This document shows positions 46,861-55,870 of a DNA stretch of 64,000 bases, in pieces. The translations under genes were made by a program, and so were the position numbers. A model generated the notes under the pieces. The model made no database searches, was not told the DNA's origin, and saw only the letters and a list, made by a program, of their open reading frames with translations. The first letter of the stretch is position 1. The number at the start of each line of letters is the position of its first letter. Source of the DNA: an uncultured Gemmatimonadaceae bacterium (GTDB lineage Bacteria > Latescibacterota > UBA2968 > UBA8231); assembly GCA_964456165.1 (NCBI GenBank), contig CAYWBJ010000133.1:23764-87763 (forward strand), written 5' to 3'.

Positions 46861-48021
46861 TCACGCCAGGCCCAGGGCCTCGTTGATCTCCTGCTGGTAG
46901 CCTTCCAGCTCGAGGCGCTCTATCTCCCTCAGACTCACCGGCCTGTTGGCGTGCGCCGACTCGAAGACCGCCATGCACAGCGCCTCCGCCTTGTAGCCCT
47001 CCAGGCCGTCCACCTCCGGCACCCGCCGGTCCCGCACCGCCAGCGCAAACTCGTACAACTCGGTGGCGATGGCACTGGTCACGCCGCCGGGAAAGAGCTC
47101 TTCCTTCGCGTCCGCGCTCATGCTCTCCATGAACTCCCGGACCAGGGTTTCGTTGTCCAGGTTGCTCTCGTCCCGGCCCCACAGGCCGCTGTGCCAGTGG
47201 AGACAACCGTCACTGCCGTAGAGCACGCGGGCATCGAAGCCGGTGCCCGGCGCCGAGCCCTGCCAGCTCCAGGAGACGACGACGTTGTTGTCGAAGTGAA
47301 CCTGGGCGAAGGTGGCATCCTCCACATCCACGTTCCAGGCACCTGTCCGCCCCTGCGGATCGTCGTAGCGATAGGGCTCGAACTGCCGCACGGTGGCGAA
47401 CACCTGCTGCGCCTCGGTGCCGAGATGATAGCGGAACAGATCGGCGTGGTGGACGCCGCCATCGAGTACCCAGCCGCCGCCGGCTATCCCCTTGAAGTTG
47501 CGCCAGGCCCACTTGCCCATGGCGTGGGAAGCCTGCTGCCAGTAGAAGCTGCGGGGCTCGCCGATGCGGCCCGTGCGCACCGCCCAGTTGCGGGCCCGCT
47601 CTTCCAGCGAGCGCCGGTAGTTCTCGGCGACGGCCAGTATCCGCTGCCCATCGCGCGCCGCCTCAAGGATCTTTCTGCCGGCCCGCAGGGTGATAGCCAG
47701 CGGCTTCTCGATCGTAACGTCCACCCCCTCCTGCAGGCAGGCGATGGCGATGGTGTGGTGCTCCACGTGCTGGGTGCAGATGTCCACCGCCTCGATCGCC
47801 TTGACCCGCTTCAGCATCCGCTCAACGTCGGTGTACACCTCCGGCGTGCCCTGGAACGACGCCAGCTCCTGCGCCCGCTCCTGCGCCCGCTGCTCATCGA
47901 CGTCGCAGACCGCCACGACCTCGATAGCCCGCCGTTCGTTCTCCCACAGCTCCCGCATTGCCGCCACGTGAGCGCCGGCAATGCTGCCGCAGCCGATCAG
48001 TCCCAGCTTCAGTGCTTCCAT
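46861..48021 (-). CDS. Gfo/Idh/MocA family oxidoreductase
   Basis: LKLGLIGCGSIAGAH and VTIEKPLA. There is a 4-nt gap to the downstream TauD gene. Confidence 0.9.
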   Translation of the reverse strand: MEALKLGLIGCGSIAGAHVAAMRELWENERRAIEVVAVCDVDEQRAQERAQELASFQGTPEVYTDVERMLKRVKAIEAVDICTQHVEHHTIAIACLQEGVDVTIEKPLAITLRAGRKILEAARDGQRILAVAENYRRSLEERARNWAVRTGRIGEPRSFYWQQASHAMGKWAWRNFKGIAGGGWVLDGGVHHADLFRYHLGTEAQQVFATVRQFEPYRYDDPQGRTGAWNVDVEDATFAQVHFDNNVVVSWSWQGSAPGTGFDARVLYGSDGCLHWHSGLWGRDESNLDNETLVREFMESMSADAKEELFPGGVTSAIATELYEFALAVRDRRVPEVDGLEGYKAEALCMAVFESAHANRPVSLREIERLELEGYQQEINEALGLA

Positions 48022-48107
48022 CCGTATTCCCTGTCCCTCACTCAGTTGAACCGCGCAGTCAAAGAAAGATAGAGCTTCTGGGAGAGGTCACCATGCCGGG
48101 GTGGCCG

Positions 48108-48137
48108 TTGACCCCTACGGCCGGCGCGACCTATCTT
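48108..48137 (+). promoter_or_regulatory. sigma70-like promoter candidate TTGACC-N18-TATCTT
   Basis: -35 at 48108-48113 and -10 at 48132-48137. The -10 ends only 7 nt before GTG 48145, so the transcript would be leaderless or the start codon is miscalled. Confidence 0.25.
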
Positions 48138-48144
48138 CCGACTC

Positions 48145-48915
48145 GTGAGACGGGACTGGCACGACAGGGAATTCCGCAAGTTCGTCGCCCTCGGCGAGAG
48201 TACCACCGCCGGCGGCTGGAGCTCCAACCGGGAGCGCTGCTGGGTGTCGCGGCTGGCACAGCTGATCGACGACATCCAGGAGAAACCGGTCGAAACGCTC
48301 AACGCCGGCATCGGCGCGAACCTGATCTCGCGGCATTCGCCCGCCTACGAGGTCAGCGGCCAGCCGGCGGCCGACACCCGGCTGCACCGGCACGTGATCC
48401 GCGAGCGGCCGGACCTCCTGGTGATCTCCTACGGCCTCAATGACGCCCGCGGCGGCACGCCGCTGGGCCTGTTCTGCGACGCGATGGTCTCACTCGTCCG
48501 CCGGGTGCGGACGAAGCTCGATCCGGTCATCGTCCTCCCCGGCCCGTACTTCATGACCGATTTCACGGTCGGCGGCGAGGACTGGAGCCACGCCAGTCTC
48601 GATATCTTCGCCGCCTACAACCAGGGTATAGCCCAGGTCGCCGCCGCCGAAGGCTGCCTCTTCGTCGATCTGCTCGGGGCCTATGCCGGCGCCGGCTGGA
48701 TGGTCCACTACGACGGCTGCCATGCCAATGACCTGGGGCATCGCATCGTCGCCAATCGCATCTTCGAGGTTCTGGCGCAGAACTGTTCCGGGTTGGCGCG
48801 CTGGACGAAAAGCCAGGAGCGCGCCATCCCGCGCTGGCGCGACGAGTCCTGTCTCAAGATCGGCTTCGCTGACAAGTCGGTCGGGCCCGGTCTGCTGCCC
48901 GGCCGCAAGCACTGA
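48145..48915 (+). CDS. SGNH/GDSL-family hydrolase
   Basis: FVALGESTTAG (block I), ISYGLNDA (block III) and DGCHANDLGH (block V). Confidence 0.8.
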   Translation: MRRDWHDREFRKFVALGESTTAGGWSSNRERCWVSRLAQLIDDIQEKPVETLNAGIGANLISRHSPAYEVSGQPAADTRLHRHVIRERPDLLVISYGLNDARGGTPLGLFCDAMVSLVRRVRTKLDPVIVLPGPYFMTDFTVGGEDWSHASLDIFAAYNQGIAQVAAAEGCLFVDLLGAYAGAGWMVHYDGCHANDLGHRIVANRIFEVLAQNCSGLARWTKSQERAIPRWRDESCLKIGFADKSVGPGLLPGRKH

Positions 48916-48951
48916 ATTCAGACCGACCTAGCCCGCCCGCACCCACGGATT

Positions 48952-49695
48952 GTGACCAGCAAGAGAGTCCTTGTGACCGGCGCCGCCGGGCGGCTGGGCC
49001 GGTGCCTGTGGCAGGCCTGGGAAAAGGCCGGCCACTACGACCTGACGCTGGTGGACAAACTGCCGGTCGAAGGCGCCCGGTCCCGTGTCGAGGTGGGCGA
49101 CCTCTTCGACCGCGACTTCACCGACCGGATCTGCGTGGGCCAGGACGTCGTCGTCGCGCTGGCTTACGTGGCCTCCGAGGAGAAAACCTTCGACCCCGGG
49201 GCCGGCACCGACATCGCGATGAACATGCAGCTTTTCGAGGCCTGCCGGCGCGCCGCTGTTGGCCGTATCGTCTTCGCCAGCTCCAACCACGCTACCGGCT
49301 GGAACGAGCAGACCCGGGAGCGCCCCTTCCTCTCCAGTCCCGAGGAATACAATCCCACCGGCTGGTACGGCGCGATGAAGGGCATGGCCGAGCTTGCCGG
49401 CAAGGCGCTGGTTAACACCGCCAGCATGCGCTTCGTCGGCATCCGCATCGGCTTCTTCTACGGACATGCAGAGCCGGATTCGCTACGCGCCTGCGAGGCC
49501 CTGCTGGCCCCGGAGGACGCGGTGCAGCTGTTCGCCCTGGCGGTGGACTACCAGGGGCCGCAGCGCTACCTGGTCACCTACGGCACGTCCGAGACCGGCG
49601 GCCACGGCAACCTGGACATCGGACCGGCCCGGCGGGAGCTGGGTTACCGGCCCGCCGTCGACCTGGTAACGGCGCGCCGGAAGTATCGCCCCTGA
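48952..49695 (+). CDS. NAD-dependent epimerase/dehydratase family protein, uronate dehydrogenase (Udh)-like
   Basis: VLVTGAAGRLGR, RIVFASSNHATGW, YGAMKGMAE (Y-x-x-x-K) and VGIRIGF parallel the Udh motifs LLVTGAAGQLGR, RIVFASSNHTIGY, YGVSKCFGE and LVRIGS. GTG start. Confidence 0.7.
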   Translation: MTSKRVLVTGAAGRLGRCLWQAWEKAGHYDLTLVDKLPVEGARSRVEVGDLFDRDFTDRICVGQDVVVALAYVASEEKTFDPGAGTDIAMNMQLFEACRRAAVGRIVFASSNHATGWNEQTRERPFLSSPEEYNPTGWYGAMKGMAELAGKALVNTASMRFVGIRIGFFYGHAEPDSLRACEALLAPEDAVQLFALAVDYQGPQRYLVTYGTSETGGHGNLDIGPARRELGYRPAVDLVTARRKYRP

Positions 49696-49775
49696 TCCCG
49701 GCAACCGACCGGACGGCGAACCCGTCAGCTTTCCTTGCGCACCGACTCCGGAACCAGGCACGATTCTCGCTGCTT

Positions 49776-49802
49776 GCTGCCTGGAAAGGCAGTCCCGTTT
49801 TT
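49776..49802 (+). terminator. weak hairpin plus T5 tract (candidate terminator/attenuator)
   Basis: gctgcc (49776-81) pairs with ggcagt (49788-93) around a 6-nt loop, followed by cccg and ttttt (49798-49802). The central ggcag can alternatively pair with ctgcc at 49804-08. Confidence 0.25.
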
Positions 49803-49834
49803 CCTGCCGTTACGAGTGACCCTCGAAAGGCCCT

Positions 49835-51238
49835 GTGTTGACCGCCCTTTACTATCGGACCCTGTCCCAGACCGCCGACCTCCTCCTCCACCGCCAGGTG
49901 TCACCGGTGGAGGTAACCCGCGCCTTGCTCGAGCGCATCGAGCAGATCGACGGCAGCCTGCGCAGTTACGCCACCGTCATGGCCGATCACGCCCTCACCG
50001 CCGCCCGGCGTGCCGAAGAAGAGATCGCCGACGGCCGCTACCGCGGTCCGCTGCACGGCGTGCCGATCGCCGTCAAGGATCTCTGCTTCACCAGCGGCGT
50101 GCCCACGATGGGCGGCGCGGCGGTCCTCGCAGATCACATTCCCTGCTTCGACGCGACAGTGGTCGCCCGGCTGGAAGCAGCCGGCGCCGTCCTGCTCGGC
50201 AAGCTCAACCTGACCGAGGGCGCGATGGGCGGCTACAACCCGAAATTTCCGATTCCGAAGAATCCCTGGGATCTCGACCGCTGGTGCGGCGCATCCTCCA
50301 GCGGCTCGGCTGCGGCGACGGCCGCCGGACTCTGCTACGGCTCCCTTGGCAGCGACACGGGCGGGTCCATCCGCTTTCCCTCCTCCGCCTGCAGCCTGAC
50401 CGGACTCAAGCCGACCTGGGGGCGGGTCAGCCGCTACGGGGTCCTCGACCTGGCCGAGTCACTCGATCACGTCGGACCCATGACCCGCTCCGCCGCCGAC
50501 GCCGCCATCATGTTCGCCGCCATCGCCGGCCCCGACCAGAACGACCCGACGACGCGGCCTGATCCAGTGCCCGATCTACTAGCGGACCTGAGCAACGGCA
50601 TCGAAGGAGTCCGCATCGGGTGGGATGAGCAATACGCCACCGTCGATGTCGAGCCGGAGGTCACCGCGGCCATCACCGCTGCCGTGGGCGTGCTCGAGGA
50701 TGCCGGTGCCCGTATCGTCGAACTGTCAGTGCCCGACCTCGATGATTACATCAAGGCCTGGCCCGACCTGTGCATGGCCGAAGCGGTGGCCGCCCACGCC
50801 GCCACATATCCGGGGCGCCGCGAAGAGTACGGCCCCTTCTTCCGGCACTGGCTCGACCACGGCGCCGACGTGACCGGCGCCGCCTACGCCAGGGCCAACA
50901 GCCTGCGCGCTGCCAGCAACGGCCACCTCGCCCGGCTCTTCGCCGGCATCGACCTGCTGGCGATGCCGCCCACCGCCTGGCCCGCCTTTCCCGTCACCGA
51001 AGAGATGCTGTACGGCCCCCCCAATGACCGGGGCCCCGAGTTCCAGCGCTTCACCGTTCCCTACGACTACAACGGCGCCCCCACCCTGACCCTTCCCTGC
51101 GGGCTGAGCAGCAGCGGACTCCCCTTGAGCTTCCAGCTCGCCGCCAAGCACCTCTCCGAACCCCTGCTCTGCAGAGCCGGCCACGCCTACCAGCAGGCAA
51201 CCACCTGGCATGAGAACCACCCCCCGGACTGGCCGTGA
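49835..51238 (+). CDS. amidase (amidase-signature family)
   Basis: PIAVKD, GASSSGSAAATAAG and GSDTGGSIRFPSS (Ser-cisSer-Lys signature). GTG start. Confidence 0.9.
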   Translation: MLTALYYRTLSQTADLLLHRQVSPVEVTRALLERIEQIDGSLRSYATVMADHALTAARRAEEEIADGRYRGPLHGVPIAVKDLCFTSGVPTMGGAAVLADHIPCFDATVVARLEAAGAVLLGKLNLTEGAMGGYNPKFPIPKNPWDLDRWCGASSSGSAAATAAGLCYGSLGSDTGGSIRFPSSACSLTGLKPTWGRVSRYGVLDLAESLDHVGPMTRSAADAAIMFAAIAGPDQNDPTTRPDPVPDLLADLSNGIEGVRIGWDEQYATVDVEPEVTAAITAAVGVLEDAGARIVELSVPDLDDYIKAWPDLCMAEAVAAHAATYPGRREEYGPFFRHWLDHGADVTGAAYARANSLRAASNGHLARLFAGIDLLAMPPTAWPAFPVTEEMLYGPPNDRGPEFQRFTVPYDYNGAPTLTLPCGLSSSGLPLSFQLAAKHLSEPLLCRAGHAYQQATTWHENHPPDWP

Positions 51239-51305
51239 ACTTCACGCACTAGGTCCCAAAGGGCGGACTGCACAGGCCCACATTCCACATGGAAGGAAGA
51301 CGAAG

Positions 51306-52523
51306 ATGAAGGTCACTAACGTCGAGGCTATTCCCCTGAACCCACGGCTGACGTCCCGCAACGCCGACCAGAAGCCCCGCTTCGCCGCCATCGACACCCA
51401 GACCCTTTTCAAGGTCACCACCGACAACGGGATCACCGGCTACGGCGACACCCGCGGCCACTACTCGCTGACCCAGGCCGAGGTCGGCGACCTCGTCGAC
51501 CGTTCCCCCTTCGACTTCGTCAACGGCACCCTCAACGCCGGCCTGATGGGCGCGCTCTACGACGCCATGGGCAAGCACCTGGAGGTGCCGGCCTACAAGC
51601 TCATGGGTCAGAAGGTGCGGGACCGCGTGCCGGTAGCCGCATGGACCAGGCCGGCCAGCCCGGACGACCTGGCTCTTGAGGTCCAGCGCGCCGCCGCCGA
51701 GGGGTACATGATCTTCAAGATGCACACCTGCCAGCACTACGACGTCCTGGAACAGAGCAGGGCAGTCGAGGCAGTAGCACCCAACGGGTTCCGGATGCAG
51801 TACGACTTCAACCACAACCGCGTCTCGACCGACGTGCTGCGCCTGGTGCAGGAGTTGGAAAAGTCACCAACAGTAGGCTTCCTCGAGGACCCGCTGAACT
51901 GGCGCGACATCGACGGCTGGCGCCGGCTGCGCGAGAAGACCTTCATCCCCCTGGTCATGCACGTCCCGCAGCTGGGCGGCGGACCCGAGATCATCAACGG
52001 CTGCGCCGCCCTCTACATGATCGGCGAGACCGGCAGCGTCGGCGGGGCGCTCAGACGGGGACAGACCTGTGCCGAAGCCAACCTCTCCTGCGTGGTACAG
52101 ATGACCGGCGGCACCCTGACCAAGGCGCTGGCCCTGCACATCGCTGCGGTGGTGCCCAATGTCTCGCACACCGTAAACCTCGACGATCAGTGCGAGCAGG
52201 ATGCCACCGGCACCCGCATCGAGATCGTCGAGGGCTGCTCGCCGGTGCCGGAAGCTGCCGGCCTCGGCTACGAGGTGGACGAGGAGATGGTGAAGCGACT
52301 GGCCGGCAATCCCCGGACCGAGATCCCGCGTCACATCGGGGTTCTGCATCTGGCGGCCGGCCACAAGCTGTACACGATAGGCTTTCCCGACGTCAGCCGG
52401 CTCACCGGCTTCTCCGAGGGGCAGATTCGCGAGTTGAACCTGGAAGTGTGGGAGGATGACGGCTCGCCGGAGTTTGCCCGGCGCTACAGCCAGCTGCAGA
52501 GTGCCGGCTCGGTGATCGAATAG
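51306..52523 (+). CDS. enolase-superfamily enzyme (mandelate racemase/muconate lactonizing family)
   Basis: MKVTNVEAIPL..., GYMIFKMH, MQYDFNHN and GFLEDPL. GGAAGGAAG lies upstream of ATG 51306. Confidence 0.85.
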   Translation: MKVTNVEAIPLNPRLTSRNADQKPRFAAIDTQTLFKVTTDNGITGYGDTRGHYSLTQAEVGDLVDRSPFDFVNGTLNAGLMGALYDAMGKHLEVPAYKLMGQKVRDRVPVAAWTRPASPDDLALEVQRAAAEGYMIFKMHTCQHYDVLEQSRAVEAVAPNGFRMQYDFNHNRVSTDVLRLVQELEKSPTVGFLEDPLNWRDIDGWRRLREKTFIPLVMHVPQLGGGPEIINGCAALYMIGETGSVGGALRRGQTCAEANLSCVVQMTGGTLTKALALHIAAVVPNVSHTVNLDDQCEQDATGTRIEIVEGCSPVPEAAGLGYEVDEEMVKRLAGNPRTEIPRHIGVLHLAAGHKLYTIGFPDVSRLTGFSEGQIRELNLEVWEDDGSPEFARRYSQLQSAGSVIE

Positions 52524-52567
52524 TCCCGGTGGTGCTGAGACTCAGGAGCCGGGCGTCCCGCAGCAGG

Positions 52568-52586
52568 CGGCGGCCATTTGCCGCCG
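52568..52586 (+). terminator. 7-bp GC hairpin (candidate U-tract-less terminator)
   Basis: cggcggc-cattt-gccgccg, 45 nt after the enolase-family stop. It shares its core with the hairpin at 19102-19123. Confidence 0.3.
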
Positions 52587-52665
52587 GGCACCAGAGACAA
52601 CACATTGATTGCTGCCCACTGTGACACCTCCACCCCGCGATTCCATTCACGACTCGGGAGCAACC

Positions 52666-53391
52666 ATGTCGAACAAGACCCTGAGACAACGCATCCGCGA
52701 GGGAGAGATCCTCGTCGCCCTGCGCGGCTCCCTCAAGACCACGAAAAAGGAACTCGCTGACATCTGGTCGACCGGCGACTACGACTATATCTGGATCGAC
52801 GGTCAGCACACCCCCTTCACCGAGCACGAACTCGTCGCCTACTGCAAGGCGGCCGAGGAGCTGGACATCGACGTGCAGCTGCGCATCCCGCATACCTGGC
52901 AGGCCTACATGGTGGGACGATGGCTCGATTTCGGCCCCAGCGCCGTGAACGTCCCCGAGGTCATGGAGCCGAAAACCGTCGACGACGCCATCGCCTTCGC
53001 CTACTACGGTCCCATTGGCCGGCGCAGCTGGGGTGGGATGAACCGGCGCGGCCTCAGCCAGGGCATGGATCGGCACGAGTACTCGGCGTGGTGGAACGAC
53101 TACGTGGTCCTCTCCATCCAGATCGAGTCGGTAGAAGCAGTCAGCAACATCCGCAAGCTGGCCAAGCCCGGGGTCAGCGTCGTGACCTTCGGCCCCAATG
53201 ACCTGGAGTTCAGCCTGGAGGATCATCCCGAGTTCCCGCTGCAGAACGTCGACGACTGCATGCGCAACGTCGCCACAGCGCTGGCGGATACCGACATCCG
53301 TCTCGCGATGGGCACCGCCACCAGGCCGGAACAGCGGGACCGCTACAAGGAGATGGGAATTACCCTGTTCCAGGAAGACCCACCGGCCTGA
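52666..53391 (+). CDS. HpcH/HpaI family aldolase
   Basis: DYDYIWIDGQH, LRIPH, NVPEV and IQIESVEAV motifs. Start at ATG 52666. Confidence 0.85.
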   Translation: MSNKTLRQRIREGEILVALRGSLKTTKKELADIWSTGDYDYIWIDGQHTPFTEHELVAYCKAAEELDIDVQLRIPHTWQAYMVGRWLDFGPSAVNVPEVMEPKTVDDAIAFAYYGPIGRRSWGGMNRRGLSQGMDRHEYSAWWNDYVVLSIQIESVEAVSNIRKLAKPGVSVVTFGPNDLEFSLEDHPEFPLQNVDDCMRNVATALADTDIRLAMGTATRPEQRDRYKEMGITLFQEDPPA

Positions 53392-53573
53392 CCCCTTCGA
53401 CCTGTGAGTCCGGAGAGGAGCCTGAGCAATGCAACTGGGTGCGTTTGCAACCGGCCTCGCCGTGAGGGCTCCGGCCGCGCCGTTCTATCGGCGGCGCGGC
53501 TTCGCGATGGTTACCGGGTTCAGGGCGGCAATCGATGCGGAAGGCCCGGCAAGCTTCGCGCGCCGGTAGCTCA

Positions 53574-54572
53574 ATGACCGTTCGATTCGCTTTCGCCGGC
53601 CTCCGCCATCCTCACATCTTCGACATGCTGCGCCGCTGTCACGCATGCGACGAAATCGAGGTCGTGGCCTGTTGCGAGGAAGACGCAGCAACACGGGACG
53701 CGCTACCCACAGGGCTTGAGGTCGAGGTCACGCACGACGACTTCGCGAGCCTGCTCGATCAGGTCGAATGCGACGTCGTCGCGATCGGCGACGTCTACGC
53801 CCGCCGGGGCGGCCTGATGATTCAGGCCCTGTCTGCGGACAAGCACGTTATCGGCGACAAGCCGCTGTGCACCTCGCTTGCCGAGCTGGAACAGGTGGAG
53901 GATCTGGCCGCGCAGAAAGGCCGCGTCGTGGGATGCATGCTGGATATGCGCGACCTGCCCGTCTTCCTCGGAATTCGCGAGCTGCTGAAAGCGGGCGAGA
54001 TCGGCGATGTCCACGCCATGAGCTTCGCCGGCCAGCACCCGCTGCTGTACGGTTCCCGCGCCCGCTGGTATTTCGAGGAAGGCATGCACGGCGGTGTGTT
54101 GAACGATATCGCCGTGCACGCCGTCGACTTCATTCCGTGGGCTACCGGACTGGGCATCGAAACGATCGTCGCGGCGCGCTGCTGGAATGCCACCGTGCCC
54201 GCGCATCCGCATTTTCAGCAATGCGGCCAGGCCATGCTCACGCTGGATAATGGCGCCGGCGTCATCGGTGACGTGTCCTACCTGACCCCCGATTCCTTCG
54301 CCTATGACTATCCACATTACTGGCGCACTACCATCTGGGGGGCTGACGGTGTGATCGAGGCAGGCGTCAATTCCCAGACCCTGTCGCTGTACCGGAATGG
54401 CGAGCGCGAAGCGCGGCAGTTGGAACTTCCGCCAGGCCGGCCCGGGGGCTACCTGGATGCGTTTCTCCGGGAGATCGGTGGCGGGACATCCCTGCATCTT
54501 TCGTCGTCCGAGGCGCTGGCCGCTGCCCGAATCTCCCTGCTGCTGCAGGAGGCAGCGGAAACGCTCGATTGA
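53574..54572 (+). CDS. Gfo/Idh/MocA family oxidoreductase (variant N-terminus)
   Basis: HVIGDKPL motif and a C-terminal GFO_IDH_MocA_C-like region. The N-terminus FAFAGLRHPH lacks a classical GxGxxG. Confidence 0.75.
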   Translation: MTVRFAFAGLRHPHIFDMLRRCHACDEIEVVACCEEDAATRDALPTGLEVEVTHDDFASLLDQVECDVVAIGDVYARRGGLMIQALSADKHVIGDKPLCTSLAELEQVEDLAAQKGRVVGCMLDMRDLPVFLGIRELLKAGEIGDVHAMSFAGQHPLLYGSRARWYFEEGMHGGVLNDIAVHAVDFIPWATGLGIETIVAARCWNATVPAHPHFQQCGQAMLTLDNGAGVIGDVSYLTPDSFAYDYPHYWRTTIWGADGVIEAGVNSQTLSLYRNGEREARQLELPPGRPGGYLDAFLREIGGGTSLHLSSSEALAAARISLLLQEAAETLD

Positions 54573-54573
54573 C

Positions 54574-55320
54574 CTACCCTACGCGCGGATAGTCCTCGCG
54601 ATTGAAGTAGCCGGCGGCCACAGTGTCCTTCTCCGACCCGGTAGCCGCACTCGCCCAATGGGTGGCGTAAGCCCGCCGCCAGCGCTCCGATTCGTTCTGG
54701 TGCGAGGTATGCAGCGTTTTGACGTGGTGGAACACGACCCCGCCCCGTTTCACGCAGGCCAGCGCTTCCTTGGACAGATCGATCAGCTCCGCCGGCGGAG
54801 CCAGATTGTAGGGCTCGTCCGGGTCTGGCCTGTCGTGCGGCAGCACCTCGCCTTTGTGCGACCCCTCGATGTAGCGCAGGCAGCCGTTGGCCACGTCGAC
54901 GTCGTCCAGGGCGATCCAGGCGGTGAGCACATGGTCCGCCGGCTCGCAGCGGAAGTAGAAGTTGTCCTGATGATATGGCTTGGCACTGCCGAAGCGGGGC
55001 GGCTTCATGAAGATCTGATCGGCCAGCAGCACCGGCTCTTGCCCGGTGAGATCCCCTATCAGCCCGCGCAGGCGCGGGTCGAGAACGAAGGACTGGAACG
55101 CTTCACTCTTGAGAAAGGGACTGGAGATCTTGCGAGGCGCCACCTTGCCGTCGTCGCCGTGATCGGTGACGAAGCGGCTCCGGTCCTGTGCCAGCTCCCG
55201 TTCGCTAATCTCGGTGGCGACCTGCAGAACCTGATCGACCTCGGCGCCGGAATAGACCCCTTCGACCAAGGTCCAGCCGCACTCCCAGTAGTGCTCGTAG
55301 GTCTGCTCGTCGATTGTCAT
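54574..55320 (-). CDS. phytanoyl-CoA dioxygenase (PhyH) family protein
   Basis: KPYHQDNFYF (H-x-D), YIEGSHKG and TLHTSHQN. Confidence 0.85.
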   Translation of the reverse strand: MTIDEQTYEHYWECGWTLVEGVYSGAEVDQVLQVATEISERELAQDRSRFVTDHGDDGKVAPRKISSPFLKSEAFQSFVLDPRLRGLIGDLTGQEPVLLADQIFMKPPRFGSAKPYHQDNFYFRCEPADHVLTAWIALDDVDVANGCLRYIEGSHKGEVLPHDRPDPDEPYNLAPPAELIDLSKEALACVKRGGVVFHHVKTLHTSHQNESERWRRAYATHWASAATGSEKDTVAAGYFNREDYPRVG

Positions 55321-55358
55321 CGGCTTCCCCTGCGTATGGTTTTCATGGCCCGTCGACG

Positions 55359-55870
55359 CTATGCGACCTCGTACTTCTCCGCATCCGGCAACGGCACCGG
55401 TCTACCACCCACTCTCCCGACGCTCCAGTCCGCCAACCGCAACCACAGGTCGGCCAGCATCTCAGCATGGTCGGCATCCACCGCGTTCCGTAGCTCCCAC
55501 GGGTCGTTGACCAAGTCGTAGAGTTCATCACGGTCCCCCATCGGGTCGTGCACGTACTTCCAATCGCGCGTCCTCACCATCTTGCGCCACCCCTCCGCCT
55601 CCCGCCACTGCAGCGACTGGATCAGCGCCCGTCGCCCGTAGGGTTTTCCCGAGCTTTTCCAGGTCCTCGTGCCTGAACGCCGGACCGCCGGAACCGTACT
55701 CGGAGAAGGTCGCGTCTCGCGGGGGCGCATCTACCACCGGCGGCAGCGGCTGGCCCTGCATGCACTGCGGAATCTCGATTCCCGGCAGCGCGAAGAGAGT
55801 CGGCACCAGATCCACCAGGTTGACCATGCTGTCATCGCGGACGGCGGACGGCAGTTGGGGCGGTCGGACA
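55359..55870 (-). pseudogene. sulfatase C-terminal remnant, frameshifted and lacking the catalytic N-domain
   Basis: Two overlapping ORFs (55528-55827 and 55359-55730) together read VNLVDLVPTLFALPGIEIPQCMQGQPL...TFSEYGSGGPAF...LGK/PYGRRAL...VRTRDWKYVHDP...ELYDLVNDPWELRN, a sulfatase C-terminal domain. The frames switch at the T4 run 55644-55647. Upstream space is occupied by the intact sulfatase ending at 55871. Confidence 0.7.

Noticed and set aside
53429-53569. 46-codon ORF (MQLGAFATGLAVRAP...FYRRRGF...) with GGAGAGGAG 8 nt upstream, ending 4 nt before the next gene
   Set aside because: It could be a leader peptide or a GNAT-type remnant. It is too short and unremarkable in a GC-rich spacer to support without conservation data.
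53560-53585. tRNA-like string ggtagctcaatg
   Set aside because: No acceptor stem, anticodon arm or T-loop can be folded around it. It spans the stop/start junction of coding sequence.
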